A stretch of DNA of 63,636 nucleotides, counting the filler, from Bipalium vagum (Eukaryota), in assembly GCA_037834085.1 (NCBI GenBank). It is 3 parts of 3 records of this genome, joined end to end, with 100 filler letters (N's around TTAATTAATTAA, not from the genome) between each part and the next. Parts side by side here need not be neighbours in the genome. Positions count along the whole stretch, not along the records: positions 16,710 to 36,577 come from JBBMKC010266082.1; positions 36,678 to 63,636 come from JBBMKC010114407.1; 1 more part is not named here. The stretch is one strand, 5' to 3'. The notes beneath the pieces were generated by a model that was given only the letters and a program-made list of their open reading frames with translations, made no database searches and had not been told where the DNA came from. The translations under genes were made by a program, and so were the position numbers. This document shows, one piece after another, positions 25,665-36,863 of this stretch (position 1 is its first letter; each line of letters begins with the position of its first letter).

Positions 25665-26060
25665 TGTTACGGTCTAGGTCGCAAGCTAAACTATTACAAG
25701 GGGCTTACAACTGGGTTCACCAGCTCCCTCGAAGAAAATGTAAATAATAGAAAACTCACGAATAAACAAAGCGATTAACAAAATATGGTATAAATAATCT
25801 ATTGTCACTCTCCATCGACTCCTAAGTTTCGTCAGCGATCTCTGGAATATGTTTCTTCTGATTGTATTTTTGCTCTGGCTGGTTTTTTTTATCAGTTTTA
25901 CTGTGGATCTCAACAGATATCTAACACTAATCGATTATTAACCAGTTAAGTATTGAATTTGTGTAAACTATTAATTGATCATTGGGATTTTTCACCTGGA
26001 CTATTTTGTTCATTGTTATTTTCGATCGCCTGTGTAGTGTACGACTGATTTTGACGATTG
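25665..26060 (+). mobile_element. Possible further LTR fragment
   Basis: Starts TGTTACG and has TATAAATA at ~25788. No clear 3' end or TSD. Confidence 0.25.
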
Positions 26061-28206
26061 TTATATTATTTTTATTCAATTTTGAGGAGATTGTGGATTA
26101 TTTCTGGGTACATGAAATTTCGTTTCCATGAAATATTTAATTGCCAAAATCGGGTGAGAAAACGTTTAATCTTCTTATTTATCAAAATATATTTTTCAAA
26201 GCACTTTTGGCAATACGAGAGGCCATTCAAAAATTCAATATGCAAGGAATTATTGCGTTTAGGATTCGAAAACTCGTGTCTTCCTACTTCGTAAAAACCT
26301 GTTCGTGTATAAAATAAGGCACATTCTTGACTAAGTTAAAATCAGGTGAAGGTATAGCCGGTTAAAATCAAGTAATTTTCTAATAGATGCTAATATATAA
26401 GTTTTAGTTTTATGTAGAAGCAAAATAGGCCAATATGTGTTACACAAGACTGCAAACAGTACTCGAAGTGATGGTTTGACAATTAGAAGTCATCAATATA
26501 TCTCAAACACCTACCATAACGGATTCCAGCTTTTCATTGACTTAAAGTAAGAGAACATTCAGTGGAGGTTTACTATATCTTTGTAGATGTTTATTTTTAG
26601 GTTCTGAAAAATTTATGTATGGTATTGGTCAATGTAAATCAGTCACATCTTTATTCGAATATTTTTGAATTTTTCTACAAATACGAATACAAAACTTTAG
26701 TAGAACAATGTCTTGCACAATTAATAAAATATTTTAATTTTTTTCTAATTTTTGGGTAGCCATTTGGATGTGAGCGGTTGGATGTATAGTGAAAAAGTCC
26801 CGAATGGTCTTGTGATTTGAAATTCGTATACCCATGCTTCATTACATGCCAATGAACTAATCTATTTTATTTTTATTTAGACTTACTAAGCAATTTCCAA
26901 AGGGTTCATCATATTATCTTCTGTCAAATCATTAGTGTTTATTTTTTAGTTTTACCAATTGTATTAAAAATGGCAAAATTCCCATACTATAAATATTAAT
27001 AAAAATATTTCTAATTTCTTGTGACGTTTGACAAAAATCTTGATCCAATAAAATTGCTATCAAGAACTGCTCTAGGTATAATTCGAGGATCATTTTCTAT
27101 AAAGGGGCTCTAATCTAATCATTAGCAAATCCTATCAGAAACAACGTCCAACATGCAAATGGAAAAATTCCTATCTTTTTCTACTGTTATTTTTAAGAAA
27201 GAAATATTAGCAAAATAAAAATCAGATTTTTTATTAATGATTTCAGAGAAATTTAAATATGGTGGGCTAAAATTTTAAATCTGCAATCAGTGATATTATT
27301 AAAACAAATTTCAAGGATAACTTTGTTAATTTATTTATGAAAATATTTATGCATAAACAATAGAAATTTCATATTTACTACTAAACATTATATTTTACTT
27401 TTCACAGTGATAAAAAATGACAATTAGAAAGTTACACTAAAATCTTTTTCAATTTTAAATAATTTTTATACAGATCAAATAATTAATTTTTTTGTTCGTT
27501 TAATAATATTTAAGAAATTTAAAGTAATTAGAATAAATAAAATTTTCAAGATTAATAAATTTTACTAAAAAATTATTAAATATTACATAATGAAATTTTA
27601 TTCAGAAATTTTTAAATATTATTTCTATCTTAATATCAAAAAAATAATGAAATATAAAAGTGAATGATCAGAAATGGATCCATTAATTGTACTCAAAAAT
27701 CAAAATTTTCAACATTCCTTTGGCGTTTTCAATAATCATCAGGTTATTTTATTAGACCGGAAAAAAATTTCTTGATTTCTTTGACTTCTCAATTATTAAT
27801 AATTGGCACTTTTGTTAATTTTCCTTTGTCTTCCAGATATTCCAAATACTATTAAGATTAATAAAGTTTGTCTTCTTTCCGTGATTATTTTCCATCTGCA
27901 ATCAATTATATTGGGTTTTCAATCCCAATTTATAATTAGTGATTCTCAAATCGGCGATAACATCTGCTGACAATATTGTAATAATACCAAAAATTCTACT
28001 GATTTTCGGTCCCTTATTCATTTACCCGTTGACATGATATGGGCAGAGTTACAGCTAAAAATACCCAACTCATAAACCTTTCGGTCAAACGAAATAATTG
28101 TTTTTCTCGTTCTTAAAATACATTTGATGTCAACATGATAGTTGACCAGGTACACTTCAAAATTTTTATTGTTATTTGATGAATATTTTAAGTAATAACG
28201 CACATC

Positions 28207-28379
28207 NNNNNNNNNNNNNNNNNNNNNNNNNNNNNNNNNNNNNNNNNNNNNNNNNNNNNNNNNNNNNNNNNNNNNNNNNNNNNNNNNNNNNNNNNNNNNN
28301 NNNNNNNNNNNNNNNNNNNNNNNNNNNNNNNNNNNNNNNNNNNNNNNNNNNNNNNNNNNNNNNNNNNNNNNNNNNNNNN
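28207..28379. other. Assembly gap (173 N)
   Basis: Plain N run without the linker sequence. Confidence 0.97.
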
Positions 28380-29849
28380 ATTATAATAAATTATAATAAT
28401 TATATAGTAAAACTTTCTTAATAATATGACATTCTTAGGTAATAAATTCCTGTTAATTAATTATAATTATTATCAATTTTAACCATTTAAAATATCCTAT
28501 TAATTGCAATGTGACTGTTTGATTAATAATTAATAATTTTTTATTTTCTAAATTGCTGCAGTTAAGAACAGAGTCGATAAAGTGTGGATATCGTATGAAA
28601 AGTAATTAGCTTAATGGAGTCATAATATCAATATTTGAAAGTATTTCGGTATCAGCATAATTATAAAATTAATATTATAAAATTATAAATGAAATAATTT
28701 TATATATTTAAAAAATCAATCACTTTTTCCTTTAAGTATTGTCGAAGTTTTGTGAATGTCTCTTTAACGCCAAATGAGGAGACAGTGTGGTTTTTTATAA
28801 CAAGGGCAATAAACTGTGGATTTTAAACAAAATGCTAAACTAGACCTGTTGACTTTGGTTATATACGATGTAATGGAACTAAAAGTTGGAAAAAGCTGGT
28901 ACAACTAGTAATGCTTTAATGTTAAAACTAAACTGTTGCCTACAAAGACTAAAATATCGGAGTTGCAGCCGGTATCAAGAGAAGACAATGCAGACTAAAT
29001 AAACATGGTTAGATCGAATGTAATCCAGAATTATAAATCAATTGTTATTGACAGTCTCCATTTGACGGAAAGGCATTGATAGGCAATTGATAGTAATCCC
29101 TAATACTTATCGCCTAAGTAGCCTGAAATACTACGGCTCAATAGTATGAGGGCAAAAAGAAAAATAAGTACTAGGAAATATTGTGTTTCTTTGTGGTACA
29201 TGTTTGTGTTATAATATTTTTATGGTGGTGGGGTGTATTTTTGATTTTTCTGAGGGGGTAGGTCCCAAAAACCTTGCACAGACACCAACACTCCTAGTAT
29301 AACCCGAGAATAAGCATATTGGTCTTTAAATTTTGTTTTTGTGTATTTTCTGTAAGGCGTAAGTTTTCTGTAAGTTTTCTGTAAGGCATAAGTTTTTTTT
29401 CTTTGGATAAAGAAAAGGGTAATGTGCGGGGGGAGATGGGAAATACAACCTCTAGACTGAGATAAGAAAAATGTTTGTTGGAGTTGGTTTGTTGCTTTTG
29501 TGTGTCGATTTAGGGAAAGAAAACCTGCGCAGCCGATAAAGGGCAGAATTAAGTAATTCCTTTTGTCTGTTATTAATTTTCTACAGCACACCTCTATTAA
29601 GAAGAAGAATGATAATGAAAAGACGTTGAAAAACGAGCTACAAGCAAAATGTAATACAGAACGAAAACTTAGAAATTATACTGCAAAACGGAAAAAGAAG
29701 AATTTATTAAAATAAATGTTGCTTTTTTATGACAATGCGATCGCAAAAGTCGATTATGGTTTTGGTTGTATTCACATTACAATATTAAATTGTAACATAT
29801 TACAACATATTTTAACCGTGTCAACTTCACTCACACTTATCGGCACTCA

Positions 29850-31100
29850 TGTGTGATGGAGCAGGTTATCAATAAACAAATAACGGATATTTTCAAGGTC
29901 AAGTTATTGTGAAAAAGAAAGATTGGTTGATATGTATAGAATACAGGAAATTGAATGAGATCACGGAAAATGATGCATATCCTATTCCGGCTATTGAAAC
30001 AATGTTTGAAAAAATAAAAGAGATCTACAATATTTACGGTGATGAATCTCCAGAAGGGGTATAATCCAATTTTTTTGAACGAAGATGGCAATGAAACTAC
30101 TGCATCAATGTGTTATACCATTATAAGAAGATACATTTTCGGTAAAAATAGGTGTCAGCGACATTGTGAAAATTAATGAGTTGGGAAAATTCAAGATGTA
30201 TCTGAATGACATTCTTCTATTTTGCTAATCGATGATGAATGCATTAAGGACTGGTTGAGGTAGTGGGGATTAAGATGATGCCGGTAAACTGTGAATGGTC
30301 AAACAACAGAAATGGAATATTTGAAGAGCATTGTTTTGGATTCAATAACTAATGCGGAAATTACCAGGGAAATGGTCAATTTTGAAGAACCGAAGAAAGT
30401 TAAAAGGTGAGAGAATATCTTAGATTGGCAAGATATTGGGTTGGCAACTAAGTTTTTTAATAAGCTTTTTAATAAAAAAATTTTCAAACTAATATATTAA
30501 AAATTAAAAAAATAATTAAAAAATAATTATGAATTTAGTGGAAAGATGGCAGAAGGTCATTCTTAATAATGGTGAACATATCATTGATTAAAACTGTTTT
30601 TATCAATAAAATTTATGGTTTTCATTTCTTCTTCAAAAGCGCACGAACTTAGTTGCCAACCCAATATTACTAACGGTTTTTAAAATATTGTGCAAAAATA
30701 ACAGTACCTCTCCATATATGGATAAATGATAAAGGTAACATTTTTGAAAAGAAATCAGAGAGAGAATAATAATTGTGACTGATGGTAAGGAAATACTTTC
30801 TTCTTTGGAAAGAAACAGGATGGAGCTTTCGTAAATCTTAATGAGCAGTTGATTAAGGATTCCTTGTTACGGTATCTATATATGACAAAACCATTTCTAT
30901 CGATGAAATTCAAAGTGGGAGCCGTGTCAGTTTAACAAGTAGAATATGTAAAGGATCAAACAGAGATCCCTTATCTATGGTGATCAATAAAGCAATCTAG
31001 GACGAGGATGATGAAACAGAACTTGCAGTAATTTAGCATATCAATGCCATAGATTTGTGGAAAGCAAATCGGAACAAAGATAAGAAGATTTCATTGATTA
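29850..31100 (+). mobile_element. Decayed Ty3/Gypsy pol (reverse transcriptase to RNase H connection)
   Basis: Peptides VIVKKKD..ICIEYRKLNEITENDAYPIPAIE, IFTVMNLQKGY, YLNDIL (YxDD-like, 30199-30216), LRLARYY*RFLKYCAKITVPL and LLRYLYMTKPF. Many stops and frameshifts. Confidence 0.85.
30436..30664 (+). mobile_element. Mariner MITE (229-bp deletion derivative) inserted in Gypsy pol
   Basis: Perfect 19-bp TIRs TTGGGTTGGCAACTAAGTT, flanked by a TA duplication. The interior encodes the mariner C-terminus NLVERWQKVILNNGEHIID*. Confidence 0.92.
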
Positions 31101-32029
31101 ACCAATGCATGAAAGGATATGATATCCGAGAAGCTTCATTACATCAAACAATGGGCGAAACCACTTTCTATTTAATACATTTTAGAAATGACATCATATC
31201 GTTGATTTTTAATAAAGAAAACCTACATCAGAGTATTTGGAGATACAAAAAGATCGTGGACTAGTTTGGAAGAAAGTGTGGCTTAGGAAAATATAAGGAA
31301 AAATACGATGAAAAAGAACAACGACCATATGTCTAAATTTGGTGATAAAATAATAAATGAAAAGCATCATACAAGGTAGAGAGTGAAACCTAACAAAAAA
31401 CTGCTGCATTTTTGGTAAATGTATTTGCTGCACTTATACTTCTGTTTAGAATTTTATTCAACCTAGTTCCTATCTTTGTATTGAAGAATGCTGTTACCAC
31501 ATTTCTCACGCAACCCTCTGTTTTATATGACTAAATTAAAAAAACAAAAAATTTTAAAACTTGAACAAGTTTGACCAATTTTATAATACAAAAGGAGTAA
31601 ACAAGCACTATTGATTATCCTTTTTATGTGGTTTGTAAATTTCTATTATTATTTAAGCCCCTAATTTTACATGCCAGACGAAATCTGTTTCAAAATATCA
31701 TAGTTTATGAGATTGGCTTAGCCGCAATGAATCAGCCAATGAATAATTCATTTACCATTTATATTAAAGCATATCAACTAGGGAACCAATATGAACAGTA
31801 TTCATCAGTGAATCATCACCCACGTTGATTCATTGTCGAAGACTGTTAACAAACCTTTTGGAAAGAAATATTCAATTATTTTTACATTGGTACAGATGAA
31901 AAGTCTTTAGCATCAAAATGGAAACAACAAATTTACCAACATTTTTACGCAGCATCTTTAAAAATAATCCTCTGATTTGAATACAGTGATCCATCCTGTC
32001 CTCTCAGATACAATAGACTTTGTGTCAGT

Positions 32030-32320
32030 CCTGAAATGGAATTGTATCAAAGAAGATATGAACTGCATTACCTAACTCTTCTTCTGTTGCAAATTTTTTG
32101 CACCGTAAAATATTTTCCCTACCAAAAAAAATCACAGGGAGTTAAGTCTGGTTTTTAAGGTGTATGTGTGGAAGCAATTCAATATCCATACTACTCAAGT
32201 ATTTCGGTTTTACGTTTAGCCATATGTGGCCGAGCATTATCATGGTGTAAAAGTATCCCTTTTACCTCAGATTTTAGATGTCTCTCGGAGATGGTCGCGA
32301 TGACTTGAGTATGTAATAAT
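32030..32320 (-). mobile_element. Decayed mariner transposase fragment
   Basis: Minus strand reads LLHHDNARPHMAK...PDLTPCDFF. Confidence 0.75.
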
Positions 32321-33020
32321 ATTTTCTAAAAAAGGTATGTATAAATATAAAAATGAAATGTTTATTATCACAAAATTTTCTCTCAACTCAATGTAAAAAC
32401 CATTTGAAAGAGAGAAAAAAAAGTTTTTTGATCTTGAAAGTTACAAATCGTAAATCTCCATAAAAGATAAATTATTTATATAATTATGATAAATTATTTA
32501 TATATTTTGATAATAAAAGAAATAATTTTTTCCGAAATCGGAGTAATTCTTAAATAAATTTTATTTTACTAAAAGTATTGATCTAACTTGATAAAAATTG
32601 ATATTTTTCTTCATTATTGATTTTCACTTTTTTCATATTATTCATATTTTTCTATATTTAAATATTTTTATAAAATTTTACTTTTAAAATACAAAATTTT
32701 TTTATTGATAACATAATATAAATTATATTATCATAATAATTATCTAATAAAAAAAAACAAAATCCATTGGTTCTAGGAAGAACATCCCAGGGGCAGAATG
32801 CAAAAGAAAAAATGGAGCCAGTTTCATTCTGGGTGCCTAACGGATTCTGGAGACTTCATTGTGTACATTAAATTTCTATTATTGAATATTTACTTTAAAA
32901 TGTTTGCCTTTTAATTAATAATATAAACAATTGAGGTCCATTGATTACGTTTGTTCTCTTAATGTCAATAAGAAAAAATTAATAATCGAAAAAATGATAC
33001 CAGTATTTTTTGACTTTTAG

Positions 33021-33187
33021 TTGTAAATGAATTGGATATATCGGGACTCGAACAAACTTAATTGAATTTTTTACAACAAGGTTTTACATATACATGAAGA
33101 CAAATCATCAGCTCATTGCTGTATGGCATTTTCATATTCGTATGGACTGCTCTGATCGCTGAATTGCATCCCCCGACTAATTTTCAA
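33021..33187 (-). pseudogene. Interrupted tRNA-Ala-derived unit
   Basis: 5' half GGGGGATGCAATTCAGCGATCAGAGC (from 33174 down) and 3' half GTTCGAGTCCCGATATATCCA (33053-33033) are separated by ~70 nt of extra sequence. Flanks resemble those of the next unit. Confidence 0.5.
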
Positions 33188-33329
33188 TTTATCTCACGTC
33201 TAGACTCTTATCTGCTCCGAGTCTCGTACTTCCATTTCCCTTACTTTCCTTTCTTTTGCATTTTCACTTTCGAGACCACGTCAGCTGGTTGGTGTCCTGG
33301 TGTGGTTGTTATGTTAGTTGAAAATTAAT

Positions 33330-33405
33330 TGGAGATACTGGAGAATCCTTAAGTTAACCTTTCACATGCGCATGGACTGCTGTGACCGCTGAGCTACATG
33401 CCTCC
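33330..33405 (-). pseudogene. tRNA-Ala(CGC)-derived pseudogene or SINE head
   Basis: Reverse complement is GGAGGCATGTAGCTCAGCGGTCACAGCAGTCCATGCGCATGTGAAAGGTT...CCAGTATCTCCA (76 nt). This matches metazoan tRNA-Ala (GGGGATGTAGCTCAG...CGCATGTGAGAGGT...CATCTCCA). The T-loop/B box is degenerate, so it is not a functional tRNA. Confidence 0.65.
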
Positions 33406-35110
33406 ACTAATTTTCAATCTATCTTATAATGACAAAGTCTTTCAAATTTCCATTTTAATTGAACATTGTTATTAGACAAAGTCTACAGAAACAGATTTGT
33501 CATGGAAATAATTATATATATATTCTTTATTTATTATTTAATAGGAAGACTGATATGAAAATAAAAAATGAAAAATCTCCACGAAGATATTTTTCTTTAA
33601 TTTCAATATTCAATTTATCAATATTGTTTGGGCAACATTTTTCAAAAACTGAAAGGAAAAGGTTGTCATTTTTTTAATTAATTTATTTCTGATTTTTGTT
33701 TTTTCTGTAAAGAAAAAAATTTGATAATAAAACTTAATTTAATAAGTCTGTTTTTGGTTCAGCTTTTACCAACACATTATTATTAAAAATCCCCTATTGA
33801 TCTATAGGTTATTTATATATCAATATATCAATATTTTATCACAAAAGAAACAATATATCAGTTCACCCTGCTTACAGTGGAGTTGTTTATTAAGTATACA
33901 TTTTGGGGTCCGGTCTCTTTTTACTAAAATAAATGAAAAATATCCAATTTAACCGGTTTTTTTTGTAAATTTACAAATTTTAAATTAGGGGGGAGAGTAA
34001 TTTTATTCTTAATTTCGAAATTTCCTTCTTACGTTGAAATCATGGAACTGATTTCTTGTTTCATCGATTTGAACAATTGGTCCAGGTCCACGTAATCTAA
34101 TGGAACTTTATTTGATAATGAAGTTGAACTTTATTTCTTAACATGACTACTAAGAAATTTGGTAAAGCCGTAAGGTTAATGTCCACAGATTGCATTGTAA
34201 CATATTCAGTGACCAGTGATAAATTACTCTTATCAGTTCTGTTTATTGAAAAAAGAACGTTACTACAAAAAATGATTTTCTTTATTGATAACCAAAAATA
34301 CCTTGAATAAATTTCTGTTCAGAGAACTTTCTTTGATTCTTTGAACTGAATGGATTCCTCATCTGCAATTTCCTTAGACCATTTCAAGATACCAGATCCC
34401 CTACCTGTTTTTCTTTGAAGAAGATCATTTTCTGTTCGGAGTATTAAAATTTGCTCTGACGACTCTGATGAAACCTTTCTCTCTGTTCCTAGTATTGAAA
34501 ATAGTTATTTAACCTTCCTTTGTGGTCCTAACGATCGATCATGAAATTGTTTTCTTATAGTGTTCTTACCCTTTTATATCAATCTATATGTAAATCGTTT
34601 CTAACTTTTTATCCTTTATATTTCATGTAAATAAGTAAAAAGTTTTTTAAAAAGTAAATATTTCATCTTTCCACCATTTTTGATTGTGGGGGTTTATTTA
34701 AATTTTTCACAAATAAAGCCCCCACTCCCTGTTTTTAACACTGACAATAATGGAGACCAATGTGGCATTATCTCAGGTTTCAGAGTCTTTTACCTTTTCA
34801 GAAAAAGAAATTCATCAAGTTTAAAAATATTTTTTGTTTTAATCGCAAGCTTTATATTCTTTTTTCATTTCTTTTATTTAATAAAATTTCCCAAATATTT
34901 CTGTGAAAATAAAAATAAATTTAATAATAAATAATAACTTCGCAAAACTTTAAAAAATTAGGATTGGATGTTCGCGAGGATTATAAAGAGATAACGATCG
35001 TATAAGGGAAGCTTAATAAAATAACCAGACTATATCAAGATTTAAGATTTTAAAGCACGATAAGCATCATGTTTGGGTTTACATTTCATTTTGATCAAAA
35101 TATCCAAGTA

Positions 35111-35265
35111 CAGTGAAGCCTGTTAATTTGGGCACTTCTAAATTTTGTTAATAAAAATTAAATATTGACTTATTCGTTTTCATGAACCCTCTATAATTTG
35201 GGCACCTCATTATTTTCAGCAAAATTTTTGGCTCCAGTGGCGCTAAATATTGACAGATTTCAGTG
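35111..35265. mobile_element. Tigger/pogo-like MITE, 155 bp
   Basis: Flanked by TA. Imperfect TIRs CAGTGAAGCCTGTTAAT and ATTGACAGATTTCAGTG. Internal direct repeat TAATTTGGGCAC. Confidence 0.6.
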
Positions 35266-36577
35266 TAATTTATTATATTAAAAACTGATGTAATTGATCT
35301 AGGATTAACCTCTGTTCCACCAGTTTTGATAATTTTACACCTTGTTACTATTTGACATTAACTAACCCTCTAAATCTAAATCCTTTGCTAATAGCGGTTA
35401 GGTTTGGTAATAACTTTATTGAAAATGAGAGGCAAAAATAAACAATGAACTTTATTTTTCTCAACACAAGACTTACGCAATAAATGTCTATAATGATCTC
35501 AACTGTAACAACATCAATGCACCAACAGTCAGAAACATCTCTCTTTGCATCATAATTGATCAATATCAAACAAATATATATATAACCAATAACATCTTAC
35601 CACCATTCGATTAAAATTTTTGAACGAAGTCATCTTTTTTCTCTCCAGTTCACTAAACACCAAAAAATGAAAATATACATAATAAATAACTAAAATTTTG
35701 GAAAGTTAAATTCTATAATGTTCTATTTATCAATAATCAATAAATAAAGCACACAATTAATATATGTGATAATATACAATAATAATTATAATAGGAAAGA
35801 AATAAAAATTGGAACAAAATAACCAGTCTGATTCTAACCGGATTTCTGGGTCGATAGCAATTTTCATCGGCGTTCCATGGATCTCGGATACATTTTAATG
35901 ATAATGTGGAGTATCCCAAAAAAATACATTTTTATAACAAATATTTTTTTGTGTTTTCTGTTTCAAAACAACTTGTGTATTTATATATTTTGTGTTTATT
36001 GGATTTTCAACTTAAAGACATTTCAAAAATCAATACAAATATTAATATTATTTTATTATTACTTAAATTATTAATATTATATTACCAAAAAGTAAAGAAA
36101 AGAAAATCTGTATAAAAATAAATATAGAAATTGAAAGTTACTAAAAATAGATATTAGTATAAGTAAAATAATATATTTTAAAAATGAAATTAACAGTTGA
36201 CAAAAATAATAAATATGTAAAAAAATTTAATAAAAGGCAAGAAAAAACTAATTAACCAGAGAGAAGAAAAAAACAAAAGTATTTTGTCATTCATATTCTA
36301 TTTGTTTTCCGAACTCTAAAAAGGATCAACGCCCATTCATTAGATTCTAATATAAAAAGGAACCCATTAAAAAATTTCTATTGTTCAAAAAGTAAACAGC
36401 ACAACACAAAACCTTGTAGCGTCAAGAAAAAGAAAATATTCAGAAAAATCAAATCGTAGTAAAGTAAATTTTAATATTTAATTAGAAACTCTGTACGACC
36501 TAACGGGTGATGCATAAAAAAGTGCACGACTTTTATCTTTCTAAAATTTGTATTTATGCATTATACTTTAATAGACT

Positions 36578-36677
36578 NNNNNNNNNNNNNNNNNNNNNNN
36601 NNNNNNNNNNNNNNNNNNNNNTTAATTAATTAANNNNNNNNNNNNNNNNNNNNNNNNNNNNNNNNNNNNNNNNNNNN
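36578..36677. other. Artificial contig-joining linker
   Basis: 44 N + TTAATTAATTAA + 44 N, identical to the linker at 16610. Confidence 0.97.
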
Positions 36678-36863
36678 ATTGCTAATCATCTTATTTTTAC
36701 TTACTTTTATTTTTTAATGTTTTGATTTTTTCAGATTTTTCGAATTGCATACTAAAATAATGTCGCCAAATCTTGAATAAATAAATAAATTCAGTTCGAT
36801 TTTCTGTTAAATAAAAATTGATCAACTTTTACTTTGCTTTTGGTAAAATAAATTTCATTTCAG

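Noticed and set aside
26100-27200. Possible Helitron or other transposase remnant
   Set aside because: Only a vague WVYEF-like word; cannot be supported.
28176-28421. ORF across the N gap
   Set aside because: Artefact of translating Ns.
33870-34600. Possible Sola-like transposase on the minus strand
   Set aside because: No diagnostic motif intact and no TIR pair found.
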